DNA of 64,000 nt from Rhynchopus sp. YZ270_cl-10 (lineage: Eukaryota). The position numbers and the translations under genes are program-made. Location of the stretch: assembly GCA_964035575.1 (NCBI GenBank), contig OZ037836.1, positions 806,001-870,000 of the forward strand, read 5' to 3'. Below the pieces are notes generated by a model, which had not been told where the DNA came from, ran no database searches, and saw nothing but the letters and a program-made list of their open reading frames with translations. Positions 31,679-44,700 of the stretch are shown here, piece after piece (within the stretch, counting starts at the first letter, position 1; each line of letters opens with the position of its first letter).

Positions 31679-32515
31679 GGGTCCGTCCGGAAACCCTCCT
31701 GGTAAGATTCATCCTTTTGGGGGTTTTTTGAGGTTTTTCTGCTCAAAACACCCAAACAACCCAATTTTTTGATACCCACCATACACCTACCACCCCAGAG
31801 GGCATATTTTGGGCATTTATTTTTGTTTATTTCCCCTCCCCCCCTTTTTACTTATATTTTTTTACGTATTTTTGGGCATTTCATAAACGTGGCAATGACA
31901 GCAGTGAAGTTCACTTTTTTGTCGAGAAACACGGTAAGAATGGGTGCGACGCACACTTGGTGTCGTTTCGAACCATCTCTCTGATGATTCTTGTTGTCAG
32001 GAGATCCTTACCGTAGGGGTCATTGTCGGTGCCCTGCGCGAGCTTCCCCACACAGAGGCCTTTGTTATCTCATTCCCTCGTACTCATACGTATCAGTGCA
32101 CCCTTCTTTCCATCAATCTCTTTTCTTCTGTGTACTGCTACCCGAGCAACGGTCGTGTCATTTCAGCGTGTACTCTGACACGGAGGGAACCTTTATTTAC
32201 TATGGAGTCTCCACATCCAAGGTGACCCGCAAAGCAAAAGTCCCTGGCATTGACCCAGTAGATTTGACAGAGGTCAATGAAACCTTGTCAAGGCGGCATG
32301 GCAGGATTAAGAGAAAGAGAGAAGAGATCCAGAAGAACGACAATAAAAGGCTGAAAATCTGATTAAAAAAGCGAAAATATAGCCTCAGACCCCCCCAAAA
32401 ACCTATTTTCATATCAGAATATCACCTAGATGCACTTTTTGTGGGGGACATCATCAAAAAAACCCAAAAATACCCAAAAGGATGAATCTTACCAGAGGGG
32501 TTTCCGGACGAGTCC
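31679..32515 (+). mobile_element. Internal-deletion derivative of the Sola-like transposon at 9955-12007; 4-bp TSD ATAT
   Basis: Same TIRs; joins ~10172 to ~11390 of the full copy; frameshifted transposase C-terminus. ATAT at 31675-78 and 32516-19. Confidence 0.92.
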
Positions 32516-33769
32516 ATATTGTTCACGAAATTCCAGGGGGTTTTTTTTGGGGGGAAACGACAATATGGACTCTAAAAATGTGGATTACGACAATCCGGAT
32601 TAATAATCCACATTGTTGCATAGTTCGGATTATTGCCCAGATACCCAGATACCTGGAGCCTTTGTACTACCGACAGCTAAGAAAGAAGGGGAAAACTGGA
32701 TGATCGATGGCCAAAACGTATCTGAAAAATGATAAAACCTACTACACCCCCAAAACTTTTCTACAAAGATAACTTGAAAGGTGCAAACGCCTCGCCGTTC
32801 GGTGTACGCAGGCACTGGTTCTCCACACAAATGATTTTTGCTTTTTGTTGTGTCGACAATCACCTAAAGACCCGCTTGGGGAAGGGTCTGTACTCAATGT
32901 TAGCTGAAGCCTTTTGTACTATGGAAGGTATAGACGTCATTCGTCTTGAACCCTTGAGAGCAGCTTTTATATTTTAAAAAAACTCCCCTTTGTACCAGGC
33001 CGAATTTCTCGCGAGTGTAGACCACCCTGGTACTTCCTTCTTATTGCAAGGCGGAGTTTGAAAATGTTTTTTGTATGTTTTGAAAGTGCTTTGTGCTCTG
33101 TTTAATTTTGCTTGATAGTTTTGTAGACGTGGGGTTGGTACTTCCTTCTTATTGCAAGGGGGGGTTGTTCGTAGCTCACGGTTTTGAGGCCGTCCTTAGG
33201 CCGCCCTTGGTAAAAAGATGAAGTGGAGAGGAAGAGAAACCACGTGAGTGGGGGCACAGCCGGCACACCTTCAAGGTGTGGCAGAGTCCACCGACTCTTG
33301 GGCTGACGGCCTTTTTGCAATAATTTCTGCTGAGTGTGTTTTTTTTGACCCAGTCTGTGAGTGGTTCGTGGAGTAGGAGAGCACAAAGGGCAACGAAAAA
33401 AGAGACAATGAATATAACAAAAACAGAAAAAAAAAGGAACAGACAGTATTAAATTTCCAAATTACACACACGGATCCCACCATTCGAACCGAAAATGCTT
33501 ACTGCTTTCCGATTGTAGTATTTTCCTACACTGCGTGGTCTGCAAAGACATCATAAAAATCACGTCCAAAAATTCGTAAGTACCGTGTGAACAATAGAGT
33601 CAAGCAAGGTATCGCCAAATGACCAGGAGCAGCACATCACAGCATGCCCTAGGTGAGAGGCAGAGAGCCGTACGCACGCAAAAGCAAAGCTATGTGGGGT
33701 CACTCCCAGCATCAGCCAGTTGTAGTGTACCAGCACAACCACATGCCTGCGCAAGCCACCTAGACTAGG

Positions 33770-36700
33770 CTAGTGCATGGTGATGCGCACAGGTGTGAAG
33801 CTCTTTGCCTGCCACGCGTCGCGGAAGCGTTCGTACACAGGCCCCTCGCCTGTTGCAAACAGTGCCTGTGCCTCAGCTTCGAGGCCGTGTTCCTGTGTGG
33901 TGGTTCGTATTTGAAGGGTTGTTAACAATGGTGTACAGGAAGAATAAATGATGGTTTGTGTGAGTCATGTTAGGTCATGTTGTGTGGAATGTCTTAAATC
34001 GCAAATATCGCTCTAAGATGAAGAGCATAAGCACAAAGGCTACGGACAGCAGTGATGCTGAAGACACATACAGCGTCATCTGTTAGCACCTAGACATACC
34101 TTGAACAGCGACTTAAATATCAGTGTCGCAACAGTGTTCCACTGCCTCATCGGGTCCTTCTTCGAAGCCTCCTCCAGCTGGTACATCCACTCGTCAGTGT
34201 TCGACACGTCTCTGTACAGAGAAGTTCAAACAAACACATCGGCTTCGGAAGCTTCCTGAAAGTCACCCCTTCCACCACCTTCAACACAAACGACGTCTCC
34301 ACCTCGGCATACACTACATGGTCCGTAAGCACACCAAACTCACGCTCCCTGCAGTACCGCTCCAGCGCATAGGCCCACGAGATTATAGGTGACAGGAACG
34401 AAAACCTGCGCATCACAGACGTGCCCATGTTCCCGACACGTCCCTCCCCAGTCACAACCGACGCTGTCGTGTCCACACCCAGCTTCTTCGCAGTTTCACG
34501 GCAGATATGCGCAGAAGTGCACGCATGCACTCGGTGGTTGCCCCCGTGCGTCGCAGCGTTGAACGAACACGCGAACCTGTCACCCATAAACGGCTCCGTC
34601 ACACCCTTCTGCTTCGAGAACACAGCAACGAAGACCTCCAGCAGGTTCGAGTGCAGCTCCAACACCTCTGTGTCGGGCTTGTCCTCGCAGTGTCCGTGGA
34701 AGTCCTTGATGTTCACGACTGTGTAGGAGAAGCGTTTGTGCACCACTGCACACAGGAACGGGTTCAACGATCTGTCGAGACGCTTTGACGACTCATCCTT
34801 CTGTGACAGCGACGCTGAATGCGATGTTACAGACTGAGTAACACTTTTCCGGTCGGACACATCAGTGCTGATATCACCAAGCTGCACAGACTGCGGCATA
34901 AAGCTCTTGTACAGCTTCAGGTTCACAAGCATGTGCCCAATAGCGTGGTTCATCGTGCGCAGCTCACTGATGACGGACGTCTCGTCAGGAACGGTGCTGA
35001 TCTTCAGCACCGCTGCCTTGGCCATAAGCACCGCAGTGTCCTCAAACGGACGTGTCAGCACGTTGTTGAAGAGCATGAACACCACAACAGACGCCATCAC
35101 CAGCGCCACCATCACAAGGATCGTTCTGTTCGCCTTCTGCCGCAGTGCCTTGTTCGTGTTCTTCTCAAGAACGTCCAGATCCTGCAGTGTCCGCATGTTC
35201 GTCGCGTCGATCTTCCGCAGAATGTCCTCACGTGGGATCATCGTCGCAACGGTAAAGGGCTCCATCTCTCGTGTGTCGGAGTTTGTGTCAAACGTCCGTG
35301 TCTGCACAAGGAAGGACTTGCTCACGGGGTTGCGTCTCACTTCGTCAGAAGCATGCAGGAAGTGTGGCGTGTCTGGGAAGTACCTCCGCACAAAGGTCAG
35401 GCTGTCGATGCGACCCTTGAAGAACTGTCCCACGTAGTACGGGTTTGCATGGATACGCGCGTGAATAACAAGTTCAGACCCAGTGCGTGAGTCAGTGCCG
35501 TGAGCATGAAGTGTGCCGTTCACGTACAAGCTGCAACGTCCACCACCCATCACAGCTGTCACCGTTGTCCACGCACCCACAGGGAAGCCACGTCTCCCAA
35601 AGGCATCCACGTAAGGTGCTGTGCTGCACCCATACTGCAGAACAAACAGATAGATCTGCCCGTTCCCAAACAGACGGAAGTTCGTCTCCCCCACAAGCGA
35701 GTCTGTGAACAGACGAGGTGTGGTTGCACTTGGTGATGCTTCGTCGTACAGCACATCAGGCCTGATGCGCATGCTCACCATGAACTCCGTGTAGCGTGTG
35801 AAGTCTGGACGCAACATGCACTTCAGCACGGAGGCTGTGCTGGTTGTGTTCACAACACGCGAGGCGACACAACGACGTCCGTCTGCATGCACAAGCTCCG
35901 CATCGAACCCGTCGTACTTGCTCTTCCACGGCTCCCCTGCTGCACTCGCACGTGACCGCTCCACAACTGGCGCCTGCCGTGTCAGGTTCCTGTACACGTA
36001 CTGCACTGTCGACCCGTCAAACTCAAGCACGTCCTTCCCACGCTGTGTGTCGTGCACAACACAGTTCCCACACCCACCGTCACGCACCTCCGTTTCCCAG
36101 TGGTGCATGCTCGTGTCCACAGCAGCACCGTTCTCCACACTGAACTTTGCGAGTGTTGTGTGCGGCGACTCTATCCAGTAATCATCCTGGTCGAACTCCC
36201 CGTAGTGCTGCACCCATCTGTCCTCTGCTGGCGTTGCTGCTGCACCCGCGTCCAGGTAGCGTGCAAGGCCACTCACATTCATCGCGGGGTGCTCGTCAAT
36301 GGTGTACAGGGAGTACACACTCTTCAAGGTTGGCGCAAACATCATGGCTGTCAGTTCTCTGTCTTTTGCTGTCCCTGTGTTGAAGCCACCCAGAAGCGCT
36401 CTGTCGTGTCTGTCCACCACAAGCACAGTCATGTTCGCCAGGCTTGAGCCTCCAAGCCGTGCTGTGTCAATGGCCAAGGCAATGAAGTCCTCAAGACTCT
36501 CCTGCACAGCAATCGTCCCGTGGTACGGCATTGTGCTGCCCTCCATGTTCGACCCGGTCAGTGCCATGTAGGCAACGATTGGTGGACTGTACTCCCACAC
36601 TGCCGAGTGCAGCTGCACACGTCCTGTCTTCCAGATCACCTTCTTGACCCCGAACTGTGTGCCTCGTGTGACTGCGAGAGGATCGCCGCCCAAGTTGCCG

Positions 36701-38806
36701 ATGTACTCAGTGCTTGCGTTAAGACGCGAACGCGGGTAAATGTAGTAAGGTTCTGTGCTGGGCTCCGCTTCGGAGCCTTCAACCTTCTTGTATGAGAGCA
36801 GACCATACAGTCAACCAGCCTGTGTCTCCTGAATTGTCCCAACCACACCGTCGTCACGTTCCACGTCAGGTCTGTTGTCGTTCTTGATGCAATGGACAGC
36901 AGTGCACCCCATGTAGAAGCCACGTGTGGTGAACACACGCACAAAAAACTTGAAGTGTGTCATTACCGAGTTTGTAAACATCTCAAAAAACCGTGCCTGA
37001 ATGTGCCCAGCTCCCGTCGTAGTGAACACTCACAAAGCCGTTGTGTGTCATCATGACTCTGTCCTCCACTGCATTGAAGCCCACAGTCAGGCCGTCGAAG
37101 ATCTTGTCCATCACAATTGTGCGTGTGATGTTCGACAGCTCAATCGTGTTCTCCATCTCACTCATAACCAGTTTGTCTGCAACCTTCCGCCCGTTCGCCG
37201 TTGCTGTGTCTGTTGAGTCCTGCCCTGCAACGTGGACAAGAGAGAACGTCACAAGCGACGTGATCAGCAGCAGCGACACACTCACAGCCATGCTTGCCAC
37301 CTTCAGCGGGATCGCAAACCCAGACACAGCCATCTCCTCAGGCACCTCCACTGCATCACGGCGCTGCTTCACCACGATCCCTAACATCACCACTGCAGTC
37401 ATCACAACCACCACAAGACACACAACCGTCACAGTGTCGGTCAGGCCCAGATCGTCAGACGTGTCCTCCTCCTCAGCAACAGCCGCTACCTGCAGCGGTG
37501 GCGCCGTCATGGGCACAGTGTCCGACCAGTTCCCGTCAGTGAACGTGAGTGCATCAAGTGAGTAGCCAACACCAGGAATGTGCCTTCCACCACCCCGTGC
37601 GATCCACGCCATGAACTGTGCCGTCACCTTGCGTCCCACTGTGTGCACAGGGATCCCGACACGCATTGAGAATGCCTTCACTTTGTAGTACTCTCGCGAA
37701 CCGTATGTTGTCTTCGTCATGTACACAAACGCCGTGACACCACTTTCTTCAGCGTACCGTACCTGGTGCACAAGCGGACAGGAACTTTGGTAAGACGCAA
37801 AGACCATCTTCCCCTTGAGCGACGCAAAGTCTGAAGCAGCACAGCCCCAACGTGGCAGCTCTGTCGTGTACACTGCTTCGTCCTTCTGTGTCTCGAACGG
37901 AAGTGTCCGCACAAGCTGCAGAAGGGTCTCCCTCTTGCGTGGACGCAGGTCGTTCCCCATGACACACACGTGCTCTGCCTCACCAGGGATCCACATCGCA
38001 AGTGGACACTTCTCGCAGATGCGGTCCTGCTGTGCGTTGTCCACCACTTTGCATGTGTCTGCAAGGTCCACTTTGTTGTTGAAGCAGCCGTCCCACGGGT
38101 AGTCCTCAAGGTTGTCCAGGGCAGTCGGCGGCAGCTCAGAGCACTCAAACTTGATGTGGCCACGGACCCTTGCCCCGCTGTTCACAGCTGCTGCAATGTA
38201 GTCGGTTTCGTGTCTGTCTGCGTGCAGGAATGGGAAGTTCGTTGCTGTTGTGGAAGACGTGCCAGGTAGTGGCTCCCTTCGCTCTGTGAGGGAGTAGTCG
38301 CGCACAATGCCCACAGCAGCACCAGTCTGCTGCACAAGATCCTGCTTCACAACGTACTTGCAGCTACCTCGTGACACAATCACAATCTTCCCATCGTACA
38401 CCTTCCCGTCACCCAAGGAGTAGTCACTTGCCCTGCACCCACGATAGCTTCTCGACTTGATACTCTCGTTCCCGACCACAACAATGTCCATCTCCTTGTT
38501 GTTCAGTGGGTGGTATGCATCAATGTGCCCGTCGGGTGTCCACGGCTCGAACACGTTATCCGTAAGGCAGACCCACATCCCCGCCACCTCGGGCGGCTCT
38601 GTCACGACAAGCCGCACGGGACACTGGTAGTAGCAGTAGTCGTACAGCCGCCACGTGGTCCGGTTGCACATGATGTCCTTGCGCCAGCCATCGTAGATGT
38701 ACCGACTCGGCATCTCGGGGATGAACTTCCGGAGGCAGTCCTGACGGCGCACCGGACACTGCGGCTCTGCACCCCACGCAAGCAGCACCAGCACTGCTGC
38801 CAACAT
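33770..38806 (-). pseudogene. Disrupted paralogue of the PA-PA-LamG-HAMP-cyclase-like receptor; intron 33893-34099
   Basis: High identity to 41736-47731. 2-bp deletion at ~37000, in-frame TGA at ~36811 and a frameshift at ~34210. Last exon 33770-33892. Confidence 0.8.
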
Positions 38807-39952
38807 TGTGCTCACGTGGTTGTGAGGGAGCACACCTGCAGTGGTAGCTTTGAGTAGGGAACAGTGGGTGGACGAAGGCAAAAAGCAAAAAAAAAAAAAA
38901 AAATGCACGAGGGGCAGTCTCTACCTTCTTGTGGTAGGCGAATACAAGAAAAGGCACATCATAAGATGAGCAAGGATGAAAGAAGAATGAACTCACAACT
39001 TATTTTAAGTTTTTTTCGAAAACTGAAAAAGAAGTTATGAAAAAGGTTTCTTTCTCTTCAACTTAAACTACTACAAGAGTGCCGCTGCTGTGTACGGATA
39101 TCAGCAAGGCTTATTGGTGCTACCGAATCTAGTGTCGAAGATAAGATGGAGTATGTGACTCTGTCCCTCAAAGGCCTGCAAGACAGTGATAAGAAACAAG
39201 AGGGGTGCTGGAGGCTGCTAACCCGGTGGTAAATGAGAACGAAACGCAAGTGCTCTGCAGACTTCGTCATTTTCCGTTCACAAAAGAATCAGTTATAAAA
39301 TGCTCGAGAAGGCTCGTTAACTCTTTGCTTTGTTTTGGCTCAAAAGGCTAAAAACGGGAAGAGGATAAATTAAAGGTTGTTTATTGTTCGCTTCCAAAAT
39401 GAAATACCCCCCCCCCCCCCCCCCCCATTCTTTATTCGTTGTTGTTCAGTCCCGAAAACCCCCTCGAAAAACCCGCGTCCTGAAGTACGGGGGAGAGGTG
39501 GAGCAAAGGAGGGGAAAGGAGGAAACGGTAAGACCCAATGGCAGAAGAAAAAGGCGTCTTTCATGTCCAGACGTATTGTATGTTCGTACAAAAACAAAAA
39601 AAAGTACGTTTTTTTTCGTCACGTACTTTCTGCACCCCATAGTGGTGGCTCTCGCGTACATCTAAAGAAAAGGAAAGTTTATAAGATGCTCCTAAGCCTC
39701 TCCTGCTTAGTGACATTGAATCAAACGAAGGTCGTTCAGACAAATAAGAGTGCCGCTGTTAGTAGCGCAGCAGCCGGTCCTGATGAACACCTGACAGAAG
39801 TAACAGAGCATTACAAGAAGAGAAAAAGGATGAAGGATATCAAAATGCTCGAGAGACTCGTTACTCTTTGCTTGTTGCTCAAAAGGCTGAAAAACGGGAA
39901 GAGGAAAAATTAAGGTTGTTTGTTGTTCGCTTCCGCCAATTTTTTTTTTCCC

Positions 39953-40020
39953 CTGATAAATTGTTGGAGTAGTGTAGTTGCCTCGGGTTGTGTTGCCACA
40001 GTTGTGCACATCTCCACTGT
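39953..40020. repeat. Short (~65 bp) interspersed repeat; further copies at ~41473, ~49209 and ~50922
   Basis: tgataaattgttggagtagtgtagttgcctcg(g)ttgtgttgccacagtt occurs four times, all in the same orientation. Confidence 0.85.
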
Positions 40021-41258
40021 TTTTTCTCTTTTTCTCGACTTGATAATGGTTAATACGCAGATTTACGGTTTGAATGTGTTTGCCTGAAGTACAGAAAATG
40101 TTGTGGAGCACAGGGGGGGAAAGAGAGGGGGAAAACAAGCGGGGAGGTGGATACGCAGAACGCGCGACTTTTCACGAGGGTCTCGAGCATTTTGTCAAAT
40201 ACTACGTGTTTACTAAAAATAAAATGAAGCCATCAAGAGAAAACACCAGCATTCCAGCTGATCACGGGAACCTTTTTCAGGTTTCCACTTTTTGGAGCCA
40301 GGACAGTGTCCTGAACGATGCCGCCACACCCTGAGGGGGAGGCTGTCTGTCTATACCCTGTGTGGCAACAACGGGGAGGTGGCCTCCGTATTTCTGTGAA
40401 CATAGGGTATGCGACTGTGGGCCTGCTTTGTTTGCCTTTTTTTTTTTCCAACGCACACCACACAACGTTTCGCGTGACCATCTTGTGGACCCGCACCATC
40501 CGAGATGTGAAAAACGACACCAACCAGGACACGGTCCCGGGTTCACGCTGGATAGAACAAAAAGAGTAAACACGCTGCTACGGCAGCGCCGTGACGAGAG
40601 TGAATACCAAAGTAAAAAAATAACAAAAACCCCGTTCGTCTTTTGTTTAGTTGGTACGCTACCCACGTCATACGCGTTTTTTCAAAACGTCCATAAATGG
40701 ATGTCAAAAAGGAAAAAAAACCCCTTAACCTGAAGGACAGAAATGGGATGAGTGCACAATAGAAGGGGACGGGTATACACAAAAAAGTCTCAAGACGTTT
40801 GAAGCATTTCCCACAAAGTATCCCCACTATTTTCCCTAACAACAAACGCGACCTTTTTATTCACGGCGGAAGCCGTAGGGGCATAACACGAAGTTTCGAA
40901 AGAAGTTTTCTTCTGCACGTTCCTGCGTGCAGAGGTACAAGCACGAAAGAGAGGAGGAAACAAGCCGTAGGGGACACGCCGACGCACGCGACTTGACACG
41001 AGCGTCTCGAGCATTAGACCAAATGCGACGTGTTCGCTACAAAATCCAACAAAAAAAAAAATGGAGATATATGAATCGTATAAGGCATACAAAACTCTTC
41101 TGTAAAATTAAAATAATTTCACATACTTTCTATTCTACTGAATAAAAGGTGTACTAGCGTGCACTCAATGTACCCAAACTCTTTTAGTGGATTCTTTGTT
41201 TCTGACGTGGAGTCCGTTTTTTTTGAAAATTTGGTTGTATTCGTGTAGCCACCCAAGA

Positions 41259-41440
41259 CATACTGTGCAGACGAGCCAAAGGTTTGTCGACGAACCTAAA
41301 GTTCGTCGTTTTGGTTCGTCGATGTTCGTCGACGAACCAAAAGTGTCACTTTTATAAGACCCTCCCACACGACGAACCAATGATTTGTCGATCTTCGTCC
41401 GACGAACATCGACGAACCAATGGCACGTCTGCACAGTATG
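41259..41440. mobile_element. MITE with CATACTGTGCAGACG TIR and gtcgacgaacc internal repeats
   Basis: Inverted termini catactgtgcagacg / cgtctgcacagtatg. Confidence 0.75.
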
Positions 41441-41735
41441 CCTAGAGTGTGCTCCACTATACCTTTTTGTATTTTTGATAAATTGTTGGAGTAGTGTAGT
41501 TACCTCGGTTGTGTTGCCACAGTTCTCCACTGTCACTTTTTTTTGAAAAAGAAATTTTCATGTGTTACACAGTGTACACTCATAATAATAATAACCGTGG
41601 TCGTCGTTAGATCGCCGTCGCTAATAGGCGGGGCCCATTTTAGACCAAAATGTTCCTCAAAATCTGGGGTTGTAAAACTGACCCTCCCCGCCCCCTATAT
41701 CCATTTCAATCACACCACTACACAAGACCGCTGAC

Positions 41736-44700
41736 CTAGTGCATGGTGATGCGCACAGGTGTGAAGCTCTTTGCTTGCCACGCGTCGCGGAAGCGTTCGT
41801 ACACAGGCCCCTCGCCTGTTGCAAACAGTGCCTGTGCCTCTGCTTCGAGGTCGTGTTCCTGTGTGTGGTGGTTTGTGTGTGAGGGTGTGACTAGGTCGAG
41901 CTGTGTGATGCGAAGGGCTGTTAACAATGGTGTGCACATGAAGAGCGGAACACTGGATCACTCCTTATGTGAGTTCACATCTTTCGCTACAGCAGCAAGC
42001 TTACCTGTTGGCGACAACATGGCTTGCGGACTGCCAAGCGTGCACCCCACAGGGACGTCAGAGACCAGAGTCCCACGCTACCAGCTAAGGACCTTGCCGC
42101 ACCCTGGGGAACGCTGTGCTTGCTGTGCCCCCCTAAGCGGCCAGATATAGGGGAGGTGTTCACATTATGTGTAAACACGCTCACCAAAAGTCAAGTTGAT
42201 AGTGCAAACGCCTCTGGGACGCAGGCACTGACACTCCGCGGGTTATCGAACCCCGGAGTGATGCGTATGGGAGTGGTTTACAGGGAAGCTGTAAGCAGAA
42301 GGGGGGACAACATGATTTAAAGATTCAAGAAAAGCACGTGTTTTAACACACAACACTGGGCGTCTGCTGAATCCGATGAGCGCTGGGGCGCCGACGGAAC
42401 GGAGGGAGTGCACACGATCCCTCTTCACTCCAGGGGAATGGGGCACGGCGGAGTTTTGCTGTTAAAGCCCGCATGTTAGCCTTGACGATGAGCCTTTGCA
42501 TGGCCCGCCCACGCTCGCGGATATTAGAGGTCTGTTTGGCGAGGAAGACCCTTGTGCGCAATTCGAAGTCGACCGCGAGCTCGATACACGACACGTCGCG
42601 GGGTTCTTTGCTCCACTCGAGCGTAATCACCCACCACAGGAAAGCTTTCAAAGTGAACGCCTCCCTATAGGTGGAGGAAAAACTAGGTTGTAGCTTGGTC
42701 AGATATGTGCGGAAGGGGGTATCCCGTTTGGAGCCAAAAGCATCGACGGTATCTGTCCCAGATGATGCTGCAGTGCAAGAGACACGGTCGTAGCGCAAGA
42801 CCCGGCCAGCGCACACAGAACAACACCAGCCTCCAGTGCTGGAACAACTAAAATGAAACAAAATACAGTAAGACAACAAACATCGGAGGGGGTAAAAACC
42901 CTTCTTAGAGTTTTGAAATTCCAAAATCCACCTTTAGTTTTTACCCCTCCGGTGTTTTTATTCCACCGGGGTTTGTTGTCTCACTGTAAAAATAAAAACA
43001 TACCTCAAAAAGACCTCTGAATATCAGTGTCGCAACATCGTTCCACTGCTTCATAGGGTCCTTCTTCGCAGCCTCCTCGAGCTGGTACATCCATTCATCG
43101 GTCTTTGTCTCGTCATGAGCATGCAGCACGTGGTAAAGACACAACGGCTTCGGAAGCTTCCTGAACGTGACCCCATCAACAATGCGCAACACAAACGACG
43201 TCTCCACCTCGGCATACACGAACTGGTCCGTAAGCACACCAAACTCACGCTCCCTGCAGTACCGCTCCAGCGCATATGCCCACGAGATTGTAGGTGACAG
43301 GAACGAAAACCTGCGCATCACAGACGTGCCCATGTTCCCGACACGTCCCTCCCCAGTCACAACTGACGCAGTCGTGTCCACACCCAGCTTCTTCGCAGTT
43401 TCACGGCAGAGGAACGCAGAGGTGCACGCATGCACTCGGTGGTTGCCCACATGTGTCGCAGCGTTGAACGAACACGCGAACCTGTCACCCATAAACGGCT
43501 CCGTCACACCCTTCTGCTTCGAGAACACAGCAACGAAGACCTCCAGCAGGTTCGAGTGCAGCTCCAGCACCTCTGTGTCGGGCTTGTCCTCGCAGTGTCC
43601 GTGGAAGTCCTTGATGTTCACGACTGTGTAGGAGAAGTGTCTGCGCACCACTGCACACAGGAAGGGGTTCAACGTTCTGTCGAGACGCTTTGACGAATCC
43701 TCCTTTTTGTGTGACAATGATGAACGTTCTGAGCGGCGTGATGCTGACAACCGTGACATACTCAGGGTGTCCGAGACGTCCACATCAGTGCTGATATCAC
43801 CAAGCTGCACAGACTGCGGCATAAAGCTCTTGTACAGCTTCAGGTTCACAAGCATGTGCCCAATAGCGTGGTTCATCGTGCGCAGCTCACTGATGACCGA
43901 CGTCTCGTCAGGAACGGTGCTGATCTTCAACACCGCTGCCTTGGCCATAAGCACCGCAGTGTCCTCAAACGGACGTGTCAGCACGTTGTTGAAGAGCATG
44001 AACACCACAACAGACGCCATCACCAGCGCCACCATCACAAGGATCGTTCTGTTCGCCTTCTGCCGCAGTGCCTTGTTCGTGTTCTTCTCAAGAACGTCCA
44101 GATCCTGCAGTGTCCGCGTGTTCGTCGCGTCAATCTTCCGCAGAATGTCCTCACGTGGGATCATCGTCGCAACGGTAAAGGGCTCCATCTCTCGTGTGTC
44201 GGAGTTTGTGTCAAACGTCCGTGTCTGCACAAGGAAGGACTTGCTCACGGGGTTGCGCCTCACTTCGTCAGAAGCATGCAGGAAGTGTGGCGTGTCTGGG
44301 AAGTACCTCCGCACAAAGGTCAGGCTGTCGATGCGACCCTTGAAGAACTGTCCCACGTAGTACGGGTTTGCATGAACACGGGTCCTGCTTCCCAGCTCTT
44401 CCCTACCACGTGAGTCAGTGCCGTAAGCATGAAGTGTGCCGTTCACGTACAAGCTGCAACGTCCACCACCCATCACAGCTGTCACCGTTGTCCACGCACC
44501 CACAGGGAAGCCACGTCTCCCAAAGGCATCCACGTAAGGTGCTGTGCTGCACCCATACTGCAGAACAAACAGATAGATCTGCCCGTTCCCAAACAGACGG
44601 AAGTTCGTCTCCCCCACAAGCGAGTCTGTGAACAGACGAGGTGTGGTTGCACTTGGTGATGCTTCGTCGTACAGCACATCAGGCCTGATGCGCATGCTCA

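Noticed and set aside
36811..36813. In-frame TGA as evidence of an alternative genetic code
   Set aside because: The same copy also has frameshifts, and other genes use TGA as a normal stop; pseudogenisation or sequence error is simpler.
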